A DNA stretch of 64,000 nt from Histomonas meleagridis 2922-C6/04-290x. Taxonomy: Eukaryota; Protista; Parabasalia. The stretch is from NCBI GenBank assembly GCA_020184695.1, contig JAANOX010000159.1, positions 1 through 64,000 on the forward strand, given 5' to 3'. Below, in pieces: positions 45,384 to 57,485 of this stretch. A program made the translations under genes and the position numbers. The first letter of the stretch is position 1. Each line of letters begins with the position of its first letter. The notes beneath the pieces were generated by a model, which had not been told where the DNA came from, did not search any database, and saw only the letters and a list, made by a program, of their open reading frames with translations.

Positions 45384-45837
45384 AGAGTCAGTCCGACAAA
45401 GCTATCGTTATAGATAACCGTTCTTGAAAAACATAAATATCCTCACAAGAACATATTATTTAATAATTATTACATACTCCAAATTATTTAGAACGAATTG
45501 AATAAAGAAATTATTAATATATTAAAAATATATTTAGAACAATTAAAAAAATAGCTAAAAATGAGACATTTTCAAAAATGGGTGCCGAAGTGGCGCCGGT
45601 TGTGATGGTATTGAATATCTGAACGATATCGACCCAAGCATAAAAATTAAAAATCGATCATTTCGAATTCAAAATCGATATAAACCATTGAATCAAAAAT
45701 CAAAAAAATATCAATATCTGTATCTATAAATGATTTTAAAATGAGAAAATTATATTTTTACCTATAAAATATATAATATTTAATTATTATAAAATATAAA
45801 AGCTTTTTATAGAGGAAACCTTTGTCGGACTGACTCT
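45384..45837. mobile_element. 454-bp hAT-like MITE
   Basis: Perfect 18-bp TIR agagtcagtccgacaaag / ctttgtcggactgactct; 8-bp TSD cttttcat at 45376-45383 and 45838-45845. Confidence 0.9.
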
Positions 45838-45921
45838 CTTTTCATTCCATTGTTTTTTTTGAATATCAACTTTTTGAATGTTATAACGTCTGAACAAACA
45901 TGATAAATTCACAAGAAAAAT

Positions 45922-48135
45922 ATGCTTTCACTGATCTTTTTTCCCTACCTTATGATGTCTTTTAACCCAAGTTATCAGAAAACACTTACTTTAGCAAATG
46001 AAGATTTTTTGGAAATTTCGAGTATGAAATATGCAATGTTATCTGAAAGAAAACCTCGAGAACTTTTCATCACAGATGATGTTATTTCTATTCCGTTTAG
46101 TTTTTTTAAATATTGGGATTCATTAGAAACAGTACATATTAGTAAATCTGTCAAACGCATCGAAAGTATGTCATTTAGTTCTTGCAGTAAAATAGAATCC
46201 ATTACTTTTGACAACGATTCTCAATTAGAATCAATTGAAAATTCAGCTTTTGAGAGTTGCCAATGTTTAACTCAAATCATATTGCCTCAATCTCTTATTT
46301 CGATTGGCTCTTATTCATTTCGTTTTTGTATTACATTGCAAAACGTCACAATTCCTGATTCTGTTCTATCTATTGGGAAAGAAGCATTTTCTAATTGTTA
46401 TCAACTAAAATTTGTTAATTTTGGTTCAAACGTACAAACTATTGCTGATTCACCATTTGAATCATGTAACGCATTATTAAATATTTCTGTTCCACAAGAA
46501 AATCAAAAATTTACAAATTGTAATAATGATGGAATTCTATATGATAAAAACATAACAGAAATCATATGTTATCCAATTGGAAAAGAAAACGAAATAATCA
46601 CAATACCAAATAGTGTAATATCAATTGGAATTTCATCATTTCATGGAAGTAAAAGAATTAAATCAGTTCAACTTAACGAAAATGTTTTAACAATTAAAGA
46701 CTCAGCTTTTGCTTATTGTATCCAATTGGAAAATATTACAATTCCGAATTCTCTTGTTTCAATTGGAAGTGATTCATTTTATTTTTGCAACAAGTTAATT
46801 ATAACAAATTTAGGAGAAAACTTAGAAAGAATTGGAGAAAATGCATTTTATAATTGCCAAAATCTAAAAAATATTACAATTCCTAATTCATGTTATTTCT
46901 TGGGTAAAAATTGTTTTGAGAAATGTTTAAATCTGAAATTCATTAATCTGAATAAAAATATTGAAAAAATTTTCTGTGATAAAAATGGTATAATTGAGAA
47001 AAATGCATTTTTTTCTTGTGGTATAATAAATATTGAAATTCCAAATTCAATAACAACAATTGATGAAAATGCTTTTAATTATTGTGGTTTAAAAGAGATT
47101 ATATTTCCCGATTCTGTTATATCAATAGGTAAATATGCTTTTTATGATTGTGTTGATTTAGAAAATGTATTTTTTGGTAAAAGTTTTAAAAATTTTGAGA
47201 TTTCTTCATTCTTTGCTTGCTCGAAATTAACACATATTTCTGTATCAAATGAAAATCCTTATTTTAAAGATATAAATGGAATTCTCTTTGATAAAAATTG
47301 CGTAAATTTAATATATTTCCCACAAAACTTAAATAAAACAATGTACCGAATACCAAATCCAACTATTTCGATTGGAAACTTTTCATTTCATTCACAAACA
47401 CGTTTAAATTATATTGAAATCCCGAATTTTGTTATGTATATTGGAAATAATGCATTTTCTAAATGTATAAACTTAGAATCGATAAAACTTAGTGAAAACA
47501 TTAAAGCAATTGAGGAATCGACATTTGATTACTGTATAAAATTACGAAATATTTCAATTCCTAATTCAGTGATTGAAATAAAAAAATATGCTTTTTCAGG
47601 ATGTAAAAATTTGGAAAAAATTGTTCTGAGTGAAAATCTTCAAATAATTTATGAAAATGCATTTAACCCCGTTAATGATATCATCGATTTCATTATGATA
47701 TCGAATACGAAACTTACGAAAATAATATTTCCGAATTCATTAGTTTCACTTGGAAAATATTCGTTTTGTCATTACGATAATTTGGAAACAATAATTTTCG
47801 GTAATAATCTCCAAGTGATTAATGATTTTGCATTTTATTTTTGTTTGAAAGTTGAAAATATTTCTTTTCCAATTTCATTGAGTTCGATCGGTGATAGTTC
47901 CTTTTACATGTGTAATAACTTAAAATATGTTAAATTTGAGAAGAATTTAATAAAAATCGGTCGCGATGCGTTTTACAACTGTAATAATTTGATGCATATT
48001 CATTTTAATGGGTATCAAGAACCAACAATTGGCGCTAATGCATTTGGTAATGTTCCTGCAAAATATGTGATAACAAATGAAAATTATAAAAATGAAACAT
48101 TTGCTGGATTTAATGTAACAAAAAATAAAATATGA
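45922..48135 (+). CDS. BspA-like LRR_5 protein, intact, no C-terminal TM segment
   Basis: More than 20 TpLRR repeats (IPNSVxSIGxxAFxxCxxL), two FxDxNGILF motifs, hydrophobic N-terminus. Confidence 0.92.
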   Translation: MLSLIFFPYLMMSFNPSYQKTLTLANEDFLEISSMKYAMLSERKPRELFITDDVISIPFSFFKYWDSLETVHISKSVKRIESMSFSSCSKIESITFDNDSQLESIENSAFESCQCLTQIILPQSLISIGSYSFRFCITLQNVTIPDSVLSIGKEAFSNCYQLKFVNFGSNVQTIADSPFESCNALLNISVPQENQKFTNCNNDGILYDKNITEIICYPIGKENEIITIPNSVISIGISSFHGSKRIKSVQLNENVLTIKDSAFAYCIQLENITIPNSLVSIGSDSFYFCNKLIITNLGENLERIGENAFYNCQNLKNITIPNSCYFLGKNCFEKCLNLKFINLNKNIEKIFCDKNGIIEKNAFFSCGIINIEIPNSITTIDENAFNYCGLKEIIFPDSVISIGKYAFYDCVDLENVFFGKSFKNFEISSFFACSKLTHISVSNENPYFKDINGILFDKNCVNLIYFPQNLNKTMYRIPNPTISIGNFSFHSQTRLNYIEIPNFVMYIGNNAFSKCINLESIKLSENIKAIEESTFDYCIKLRNISIPNSVIEIKKYAFSGCKNLEKIVLSENLQIIYENAFNPVNDIIDFIMISNTKLTKIIFPNSLVSLGKYSFCHYDNLETIIFGNNLQVINDFAFYFCLKVENISFPISLSSIGDSSFYMCNNLKYVKFEKNLIKIGRDAFYNCNNLMHIHFNGYQEPTIGANAFGNVPAKYVITNENYKNETFAGFNVTKNKI

Positions 48136-48525
48136 ATTTCTTTATAATTAGCAATAGAAACATAAAAGGAATAAATTCTTTAATTATGAATAAAACATTT
48201 TTTGTAATGTCGAATTTCAATAATGAATTCAAATCTTTTTAATATGTTTTTAACATCTAAGGGACATCGTCAACGATCCTTCTTATAGATAAAAATTTAT
48301 ATCCATGAGAAATAAAATCTAATTCCAACACCAAAATGTTTATGTCCAATTACTTTGTGTGAATATTGAACCAACCGATCAAAATACTATGAAATAAACG
48401 GTCTCGATTCAATCGGCATAATGAAACTTCATTACTTCGAAATTAATTTCGCCAAGATCGTATTCATTTAACGAACGCTCCTTACGAAAACAAACAAAAT
48501 AATTCACTCATTTAATAATTATTAT

Positions 48526-49626
48526 TCACTTCAGTGATCGCGGGGTGCCCTTAAAGTAATCCTTTTTCTCTACTTTCTTTTCCTCCTTCTTTTCCTGCTG
48601 AGGGTTCTTCTTTTCCTCCACCACAGGTCTCATTGTTGGCTTTGGTATTACCTTTGGCAGCACAGGAGCTCCTGATAATGTTCTAGCGCTTCCAGAGAAT
48701 GGATTCTTCTTTTCTTCCTTTGGCTCTGGTTGTGGCTTAACAGGCTGTGGTGCTGGTGTTGGCGTTGGTTGTGACTGTGACTGTGGTTGTTTTTTACCTT
48801 TCTTGACTTTGATTATATGGCCAGGTCCGTATGCGTTAAATTTCTCTTCAGGGTTCTTAGGCTTTGTCTTTTTTTCCTTAGGCTTTGGCGGGAGGATCTC
48901 GCGGCCGTCCTCAATGCGCGTTACAGTGAATTTGTTTCCTCTTCTTCTCTCTGCTTCGCGCTTCTCAAAAGTGGAGTGTATCGGCGTCGGTTTTGTTGTG
49001 AATGTTTCGCCGCGAAGTGTTCGGCCGACTTGGACCTTCTGGTTGAGCTCTTCGTCGGATGAGTCAGTGTCTGGCTCGTTCCACTTGTGGTCAAATTGAT
49101 TCACTGGTGTAGCAAAGTCACAAATGACATCTGCATGAAGAATTTGAACTGCACTTTTAGGCTCTGTTTTAAGAACTTTAAGTCGATAGATTTTGTTGTT
49201 AAACTCAATGTTAAGAATTGTCCCTTGTGTTAAACATGGATGTTGACGTAATGAATATTCTAAAATGACGCGGGGATTGGGTAAATTAAGAAAGGCATCA
49301 TCTTGTGGTTGGAAAAGTGCACGCGTGGCTGGTACTAATGATGTTAAAGAGACACGAACAGTGTTATCTTCATTGACTTGAAGATATTCCATCATCCAAA
49401 ATGGTATAAAAACTGTGCCTTGTTGTGCAGTAAACGAATCAACACCAGCATATACTGAAATTCCTAGAGCTGTATTTCTGATTGCAAAAAACATAACTGA
49501 AATATGTTGATTTCTTTGCATAATAGTATCTAAAACAGACTCAGGTAGAAGAATACGAGCAGATTGTTCGAGTTCTGGCCTAATAGATAAAACGCATTTA
49601 CATCTGAAGTTATCGTTGAATGTCAT
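48526..49626 (-). CDS. UFD1: Ubiquitin fusion degradation protein 1
   Basis: RILLPESVL, YAGVDSFTA, FIPFWMM, LFQPQ, VILEYSLR...CLTQG, DVICDFATP; SHP-like FSGSARTL. Confidence 0.92.
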   Translation of the reverse strand: MTFNDNFRCKCVLSIRPELEQSARILLPESVLDTIMQRNQHISVMFFAIRNTALGISVYAGVDSFTAQQGTVFIPFWMMEYLQVNEDNTVRVSLTSLVPATRALFQPQDDAFLNLPNPRVILEYSLRQHPCLTQGTILNIEFNNKIYRLKVLKTEPKSAVQILHADVICDFATPVNQFDHKWNEPDTDSSDEELNQKVQVGRTLRGETFTTKPTPIHSTFEKREAERRRGNKFTVTRIEDGREILPPKPKEKKTKPKNPEEKFNAYGPGHIIKVKKGKKQPQSQSQPTPTPAPQPVKPQPEPKEEKKNPFSGSARTLSGAPVLPKVIPKPTMRPVVEEKKNPQQEKKEEKKVEKKDYFKGTPRSLK

Positions 49627-49758
49627 TTCGAGTGATTGGTCGCGGTTTGGATTTGGGGCGCCCTGATTTAAACGTATTTATTTAACGGTCAACTAATAAT
49701 ATTTTGGCTCAAAAGAGAATTGACATACTTTGTTCGATTTATCCAAACCAAAGGAAAT

Positions 49759-51195
49759 ATGTTTTGCTTAAGAAATGGAATTAAACTTGGTTGGAAAGAT
49801 TCGAAAATCAGCGGTAATACAATAGAATGGGAAAACTTAAATAATCATAAAATTGCTGAAAATCAAAGACTTGAAGATTGTATATCAATTTTCCAAAGTC
49901 TTAATAATTTAGCAGCTTCAAATCCAAAAAGCCTAACAAAAACAGCAATTTCTCATCATTGTCGACAATATTTATATATTTATCAACAAAAAGATACAAA
50001 ATCATTGCAAACACAATTATTATATCTATATTTAAATGCAATACTATTAACAAACGATCCCACAACAAACCTTAGGGAAATGGTTAAAATTTATCTTCAA
50101 ATGATGATTACTGATTTAAAAAACGTCGATATGAATACATTGGCAATTCTAATCATTTTCAACGAAGAAGAAAAGTTTAAGGAAGCTTATCGACGTAAAC
50201 TTGGCACCTCATTTGTTGCCAACAAAATCTTCAAGATCAATTCCTTAAATTTTGATTCACCAAAAACGAATCTAGAACTTTGGCAAATCGATCTTTATCG
50301 AACCCTTGAGCTCCGTAGTATTACAAGCTTTGACAAATCCTTCATTAAGTTTCTATTAGAAGGTCAATACAAAAACGATGACTGGTTAATCCAACATTTA
50401 GTGCGCCAATATTTTCTCACAGAGATCACACTTCAAACGTTCACATCTTTTGTCAAGCCCAATGATCCACGTTCTTTAATCTTTAAATCACAATCAACCG
50501 GACTCATTCAAACCATTAACCAAACGACTAAATTCGACTACTTATTCAGTATGTGTTTTGCTAACTTACTATATCTCACACCGGGCATCAGTGCCGACTT
50601 CGATGACATCAAACAATATCTGCATCTGACAAATTCTTTATGCGACGAACTTCCCGAAAGTAACAAAAGCGTATCATATTTCTATTGGTCCGTTGTTACT
50701 GTTGCTCAACATAAGTTTACAGACAACGACAAAATCGGATATATTCAGGAACTTGTTACGCGTATATTACATTATCATATTCCTGCGCAGAAATTCTTTT
50801 TGGAACCGGAACAATTTGCAAACGAAAACTTCATTAACTTTTGGAACGATGTTAAGGATAAATATAAACCATATCTATGTACAAAAGTGACAAATGTAAA
50901 TGAAATATCCGGAAATGAGCCAATTGAAGTTATTCCGTATTTGTTGAACCAAATGTTTTTGAAATTCGATTTCGAACAAAGAAAAAATATATTGTCAAAG
51001 TTGAAAAATAAGTTGAAAGATTTGGACTTTAACAATAAGGAACTAAATGGAAACGTCATCGTGGCAATGATAGAAACTGCAATGAGCTGTAACGAGTTCA
51101 GTGATCTTGAAGAAATGCTCGAGGAATGGTCGTTTGTGTGTATTGAAGAAAATGGAACTGTTCCCGAATATGTCGATTACATATGGAATGAATAA
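49759..51195 (+). CDS. Hypothetical helical protein
   Basis: Long open frame; no family recognised. Confidence 0.7.
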   Translation: MFCLRNGIKLGWKDSKISGNTIEWENLNNHKIAENQRLEDCISIFQSLNNLAASNPKSLTKTAISHHCRQYLYIYQQKDTKSLQTQLLYLYLNAILLTNDPTTNLREMVKIYLQMMITDLKNVDMNTLAILIIFNEEEKFKEAYRRKLGTSFVANKIFKINSLNFDSPKTNLELWQIDLYRTLELRSITSFDKSFIKFLLEGQYKNDDWLIQHLVRQYFLTEITLQTFTSFVKPNDPRSLIFKSQSTGLIQTINQTTKFDYLFSMCFANLLYLTPGISADFDDIKQYLHLTNSLCDELPESNKSVSYFYWSVVTVAQHKFTDNDKIGYIQELVTRILHYHIPAQKFFLEPEQFANENFINFWNDVKDKYKPYLCTKVTNVNEISGNEPIEVIPYLLNQMFLKFDFEQRKNILSKLKNKLKDLDFNNKELNGNVIVAMIETAMSCNEFSDLEEMLEEWSFVCIEENGTVPEYVDYIWNE

Positions 51196-51647
51196 AAGTA
51201 AATATTATCTAAATGTCACTTGAATTTAATGCAAAAGTTTTGATATATTTCAAGTGGTTCCCAACGATAGAATTGAATGAATGAAAAATCATCGGATTTA
51301 TATTCAAAAACTGAAGTTTCCCAAACTTTCTGCAACTACTTTGTGTTGTTACGTATTTCTTAATATAGTGAAATTAAACATAAATATTTATTATCCATTA
51401 TTTTTGAAAATGATGGAATTACATTTACAAGTAATTTATCAGAATTGTTGTGTAACATTATAAATGTTTATTGTAATTCCATCAAATTTAAACATTTCAC
51501 TTTTTGTTAAGTTTATGTTTATCGTTGTTAATATTAAACGTTTTTGTTCGGGGAGGTCTGTGGTATTGTCGTTCAAAACGATGAAAGAACGTAAATCATA
51601 GAATTTACCAACCGAAAACGCCAACATTTCAGAGCAAAAGGCCATAA

Positions 51648-53544
51648 ATGCTGCTGTCTTTTCTACTCCAACTTTCTTATTCTGAACCTCTATACAATGT
51701 TACAAATGCCACTTGCCTTAAGATTAATGGAGCATTTACCTTAAAGAAAGGTGTTGACAAGAATGCAACAGGCGCAGTAGCATATGCGGTATACAACAAT
51801 TCTATTCATGCTGTTGGTTGGTACAAGATGCACATAACAGGAATTGAAGGCAACGATGATGCAGACATTATATATTGCACTGGATCTCCTTGAAGGTTAT
51901 CTTGCACACGCAGGAATTGACAAACATTACAACCTCATCAAAGCTATCAAAGGTTATCCACGTGGACAAATTTATCCACCAAAAATCCATGATTTTATCG
52001 AGGCAAATTATAATTACACAAAACTCTCAGTTGAGGCCTACTTAGAAAGCCCATACTGGCAAAAAGTTGGTTTAATCTTACAACAATTCCATGGTATTGT
52101 AGCTGGTTATGATTTTGCAATTTCTGAATCAGGTCATCCAGAACAAAAGATGTCCCTTTTCGATCATTGGTTCTTCCAATCAGCCGGCGATATGTTTGAC
52201 ATTGCAGCCATTTTCAAGGATGATAAACCAGCCAAAGAATTCCGTGAACATTGTACTGGTTTAGTCAAACTTACACCAGGATATGATGATATCTATTTCG
52301 CTCATGATGCATGGAGTGACTACAGAGAACTTCATGGAGAACTTAAGGAATATAATCTTCATCTTAGTGAGAATGCAGGATTCAAAGCACATCGTGTTAT
52401 AATGTCAACACGTATTGGAAAGATCTCTTCATATGATGACTTTTATATCAATGATGCCGGACTTTTTGTCATCGAGACAACATTGAATAATTACAATGAT
52501 GAACTTTATAAAGTCTGTGTACCACAAAGCTTATTCACATGGGTTCGTGCATACCTTTCCGTGTGGTCATGTGATAATGGTAAAGAATGGGCAGAAACAT
52601 TCATCAAACACAATTCCGGCACATATAACAACCAATATGTTATTGTTGATTCTAAGCAACTTACATTTGGCGTTAAGCCAACCAAAGACCTCTTATGGAT
52701 CATTGAGCAATTCCCAGGCACCTATCGTATGAGTGATGTCACCGAGCAATTAGTGAACGATAGCTACTTCCCCTCCATTAACGTTCCCTGGCATGAAGAC
52801 TTGTACAACCTTGCAGGGTACCCCGAATACGTTAAGTCACTTGGCATTTACGGTCCCTATCGTTCCTATTATGAGTCACCCCGTTATCTCTTAATGAAAC
52901 GTGAAGTTCCTCGTATCAACGACTTTGACACATTCAAAGCCTTTATGCGTTATAACAATTACAAACGTGATAACTTTTCACAAGGTGACCCAGCACAACA
53001 AATAGCATCACGTTATGACCTTAGACCATTACCATCAACACCATATGGTAATCGTAACAACTTTGGAGGATTAGATTCCAAATGCTTACGTCTTAAAGAA
53101 GCTATTTCTAAGATGAGAATGCATGCACTCGCATCACCTCCAAATGATGAAAAGAATGGCATTCCAGCTTGGAACTTTACACAATGGAACTTAGAAAACA
53201 CACCAATTAACTTCGATGGACTTCCAGCATTTTGGAACTTCACTTGGGAACAATTCGAATCAGACGAATTTGATATCTGCGCTCGTAAAGATGGAAAAGA
53301 AGATAATAAGAAGGACTGTTTCGCTAGGAATAAGTTATGCGGATTCTGTTATGAAACAAAGAAATGTTACGCAGGTTCTAAAGATAGTCCATTCATGGAG
53401 AAATGCGGTGGTGGTTGGTTGACCGAAACTAAAACGCCATCATGGGCATGGCCAGTGATTATTATAGTAACAGTTATTGCGGTATTAGTTTGTGCTGCTA
53501 TTGGTGTGGGACACTACATGTACATCCGCAAACAAAAATTATAA
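51648..53544 (+). CDS. Phospholipase B-like (PLBD, Ntn hydrolase) with signal peptide, Cys-rich domain and C-terminal TM; 1-nt frameshift ~51885
   Basis: LEGYL, HCTGLVKL (nucleophile Cys), HNSGTYNNQY, YFPSINVP, MRYNNY, RYDL, GGLDSK; TM WAWPVIIIVTVIAVLVCAAIGVG. Confidence 0.88.
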
Positions 53545-54370
53545 AACCCATATTCACAACTTTATTTTGCTTGATGTGTTTTGAAGACGTTTACGATATC
53601 GTAAAGTTACTTAACATCACTTTAACTGTTGTTTGAATATATTTTTTGATTGTTCATCTTCATGTTGATGCGGCTTAAAGAGCTCTTCCCAATATTGTGT
53701 ACCTATCATATGTATATGTAATTTGATAAGATCACCACTGTTGAATGCGTATGGGTTCTTATTCAGGATAATTTCATTATCTCCTGTGTATGAAGACGGT
53801 ATATTTTATATCTGACTTCTTAATTGAGGTATCACCGTTGGTTCATTTGTTATATCCCCTTATTAAATCCATTTTACGTATTTTTATTGCTTCATCAATC
53901 TTTTACAACAAGCATTAGTATCTTTGTAATCGCAAGTCGTTGGTGACGAAAGAACAATTTCAATTACTTCTGTAGATATTCATCAAGTAACTACGTAATT
54001 AGCACCAAAACTGGGCATGCTCCTTCTAGATTTTATTTCAAGAGTATTCATGAACAAAAGTACACCAAACTGAATCCAAATTTATATATTATTTTTGAAA
54101 TATGTTTTAATCTACTAAAGGAAATTTAATCTCATTAATTTATTTATTAAAAATACTATTTTATTAAAATATATTTTAATAATATTAAAACATTACTTTA
54201 TTTTTAAAGAAAATGATTGATTGCACAGAAAAAACAAGAAAATTCAGCAATATAACAAAATCAAAACATCTTATTCACCCTAATGATATGTAACAGAACT
54301 AAAGCAAACGAACCCATAGCTACAGCATGTAAAAATTTAGATTTAAACCAAGTATCAAATACACAGTTAT

Positions 54371-55987
54371 TTACTCAGAACCAATTTCCTCGTACACAAA
54401 CGAGTGCATGTTGTGTATTGTTGTTCCGCCCACGATAACGTTCATATCGTTACTTGCGTATGCGATTCTTCCTTCTTCATAAGTTGCGCCGCCCACATAA
54501 AACACAATAACTCTCTGTAACTCAGAGTTAGGCGGAAGTTCTTTTATACTTTGGAACATTTGTGCGTCCATTTGTCCTTTCGAAAGCTTTTGCAACATTG
54601 TATACAACTGAGGCGTATATTGCATGAACTTGTTCTGTGATTCATCGAGTCCTATTAAGTTCTTAGCCTTCGACAAAATTGATTTCGTAGAAAACATTTG
54701 TTCTGTTTTTGGAAATTGTTCAATGAATTTATCAATTAATGAAACAAGAATTTCTCCATTTGGTCGATTATATAATGCTGATTTAATGCTATCAATATCA
54801 GCGCCTTTAGAATTAGAATATCGGAGGCAATAAAGAATGGATATCCTTAATGCGTTATCATTAGTAACGTTCATATCGTTGATGTAGGAAATAACCGCCG
54901 AGTGATGTGATGTGATGTTGTTTTCAACCGCTATGGACTGTTCCAGCGGCGCAAACTGGAACAAGTTCTCGTTCTTAATGCGATTGGAAATCTCGCCGAG
55001 GATTTCGGCATGCTTGGAAGCTAGTGCTTGCTTCTGTTGATACAGTGGATAGTTATGAATAAACTTTTTGAGTGCATCAACATCTTTGATGTCTTGAACA
55101 TCCGTATGTTGAGCTTGGACACTTTGTACAAGATTCTTTTGGGCTTCCCCAAGTTCGCCATAGTTGGAATAGAGATTTTCAGCAAAAAAGCTGTCGCTTG
55201 ATTCATCAACAACGACCGACTTGTTACCTGAAATGGTGATGATGTTGTTGTTTATGCCAAGAAACTCGTGAATGAGAGATTGATAGGTCCAAGCATGGAG
55301 AAGAGGTGTAAGAGGATCTGTACGACGATCAATTAAAAGTAAGAGAGAGTTTCCAGTCATGGTTTGGAAGAGATCTTTATTATCATCGATCTTCCTTGAA
55401 AGAAATTCACCAACTAATTTACACGCATTGGAGTTTGTATCAAATTTGATTGCTGCCCTTGTTTTGAAAGCGCATAAAACTGAAAAAAGTCCATCAACAA
55501 TACGTGTTATAACTGGATTGTCGGTATTACTATTAAGCTTGTTAAGGCAAGATTTGACGCCAAGAGAAAAGAGCTTTTTGTTGAGAGCAAATACATCTAA
55601 AAATATTTCATGAACAACATTGACTTTTGTGGAATGATCAGCAAAGGAAATTTGTCTAATATATTCTTTGGACACTGTATTTGTAAAAAATATGTAATAT
55701 GAACTAAAGTGTGGGCAGTTTAGCTCACTACAAAGATCGTGTATGTTTTGCTGAGTTGGTCTAACAAGAACAACGCATTGAAGAATTGACAAAGCTTTGT
55801 CGACTGGTTTTGATACCCGTTTTTGAAGTGACTCAATTAGAACAACATCGTGTTGTAATAATTCTGATTGTGTATAAACAAGACTTACCATATGTGAAGT
55901 CTCTTCATCCAAAAGAAGGACTTTCATATCATTGATATTCGTGAGAACGACTTCAACGTAATTCCTGAGATTTGCAACAATATCCAT
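54371..55987 (-). CDS. VPS45: Sec1/Munc18 family protein Vps45
   Basis: MKVLLLDEETSHMVSLVYTQSELLQHDVVL, YYIFFTN, RRTDPLTPLLHAWTYQSLIHE, IVFYVGGATYEE, VGGTTIHN. Confidence 0.92.
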   Translation of the reverse strand: MDIVANLRNYVEVVLTNINDMKVLLLDEETSHMVSLVYTQSELLQHDVVLIESLQKRVSKPVDKALSILQCVVLVRPTQQNIHDLCSELNCPHFSSYYIFFTNTVSKEYIRQISFADHSTKVNVVHEIFLDVFALNKKLFSLGVKSCLNKLNSNTDNPVITRIVDGLFSVLCAFKTRAAIKFDTNSNACKLVGEFLSRKIDDNKDLFQTMTGNSLLLLIDRRTDPLTPLLHAWTYQSLIHEFLGINNNIITISGNKSVVVDESSDSFFAENLYSNYGELGEAQKNLVQSVQAQHTDVQDIKDVDALKKFIHNYPLYQQKQALASKHAEILGEISNRIKNENLFQFAPLEQSIAVENNITSHHSAVISYINDMNVTNDNALRISILYCLRYSNSKGADIDSIKSALYNRPNGEILVSLIDKFIEQFPKTEQMFSTKSILSKAKNLIGLDESQNKFMQYTPQLYTMLQKLSKGQMDAQMFQSIKELPPNSELQRVIVFYVGGATYEEGRIAYASNDMNVIVGGTTIHNMHSFVYEEIGSE

Positions 55988-56251
55988 CTCTGCCTTTTAG
56001 TCAAAAATTTCACACACCATGTGAAAATAAAAATAAAGTATTCAATTACAAAAGGAAAAAATCTTTTAATGTTTTCCATTGTTTTTGCTATATTTCGATA
56101 AAATTAATCAAATTCATATGTTCCATATTGAACAAGGAATAGTAAAAATAATAAAAATTAATAAACTTCTAAAATAAGGAAACAATGATATACAGATTCA
56201 AATTACTTTTTATAAAAAGAAAATTGATTTGTTACATTATGTTATTTAATT

Positions 56252-57184
56252 TTATTTGAAATCAAAAGACATATTTAAACCAAATCCATTCAAATAAGAC
56301 TTTCCGCTTGTGAAAACGTGCGAAGCAGAAAATTTCATCTTCAAGAAATTCGAATAATTCACATCGAAGCTCGCCGAAACCAATTTGTTTGTGCCCAACA
56401 CTATATGCAGCTTTGATGAATCATCGATTTCAAAGCTTGCGGCAACTTTCGCAACTAACTCATTTACATTTTTCACCCTTTCGTTTCCAAGTAAAATTCC
56501 AAATTCGTTTTTGTTTTTTGTCAAATAAGAAAGTGAAATATATGCAGATTTGCTCGGATATGTAAATAATGCTGTTGTACTTAAGCCCTTCCATTGGTAC
56601 TCCATGAGGATGTTTGATTTGTTAATCGCATGTTGATGTTTATTGTAGAAAATGTTGGCGGAGATTAATGGACGTGTCTTTAAAATTCCTTCAAGGATGA
56701 AATAACTTAAATGTTTGAATGTATCTAATCGAAGTGTTAATAAACGATTCATAAAACTCGTGGATGTTTGGTAATCAAAAAATGATTTGTCAAATACATC
56801 ACCTGAAAATGGCAGAGCTTTAAATATGACACTACCTTTGAGATGAATAGCTGATTTAGGTGGATACCAACGAGTAATGGATGAAATGCGGATTGGACAA
56901 AGATCATCATTTGATATTGCAACTATGAACTCATTATTAGAAAATAGTTTCTGCGAACAAAAAACTAAACTACATGGTCCATCACTTGATGCAACTGCTT
57001 CCATTATGCTTTTGCCAAAGTCAATGCATGTAGAAAGATTAAATCGTGATTCTTTTTTTCCTAATCTCTGAAACACAGAAAAAACTTTACATCTTTCAAT
57101 GTTAAAATTAACATGGACTTCTTGTTCTATTTCATCATGGAAAAATGAGAATAAACCATCAACCTTCTTTTGAACTTCGAGCAT
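56252..57184 (-). CDS. Eukaryotic porin-family beta-barrel (Tom40-like, possibly hydrogenosomal)
   Basis: Alternating amphipathic beta-strands and a C-terminal beta-signal-like NGFGLNMSF; highly divergent. Confidence 0.5.
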   Translation of the reverse strand: MLEVQKKVDGLFSFFHDEIEQEVHVNFNIERCKVFSVFQRLGKKESRFNLSTCIDFGKSIMEAVASSDGPCSLVFCSQKLFSNNEFIVAISNDDLCPIRISSITRWYPPKSAIHLKGSVIFKALPFSGDVFDKSFFDYQTSTSFMNRLLTLRLDTFKHLSYFILEGILKTRPLISANIFYNKHQHAINKSNILMEYQWKGLSTTALFTYPSKSAYISLSYLTKNKNEFGILLGNERVKNVNELVAKVAASFEIDDSSKLHIVLGTNKLVSASFDVNYSNFLKMKFSASHVFTSGKSYLNGFGLNMSFDFK

Positions 57185-57485
57185 GTTGTTTAGGGTGGGA
57201 CAAAAGCAGATCGTTTTCAACAGAATTATTGTATCGTTAATTTCTCAAAAATGATAATATTATTGTTTATAGTTGATATAACATGATATTTCCATATGAC
57301 GTCATGAAGAAAATAAATTTTTATTTTCTATAATCAAAATATCATGAAATTTCTGAAGAGAAAAAAAAGTTTCTAAAACCCAACAAAAAATGAATACTTA
57401 AAAATGCCCATCATTCAAACATTGAATTGAATTCAGCTATGGAAATTACTAAGTAAAGTTCTTTTCCTTAGAATTAATCATAATA

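Noticed and set aside
48780-49100. GC/CpG-rich patches inside UFD1, VPS45 and 42145-43707 as foreign DNA
   Set aside because: The frames are continuous with the host genes, and Pro/Arg-rich sequence or local codon usage explains them.
53600-54360. Possible Tc1-like relic (TVECVWVL)
   Set aside because: A single weak motif with no supporting frame or ends.
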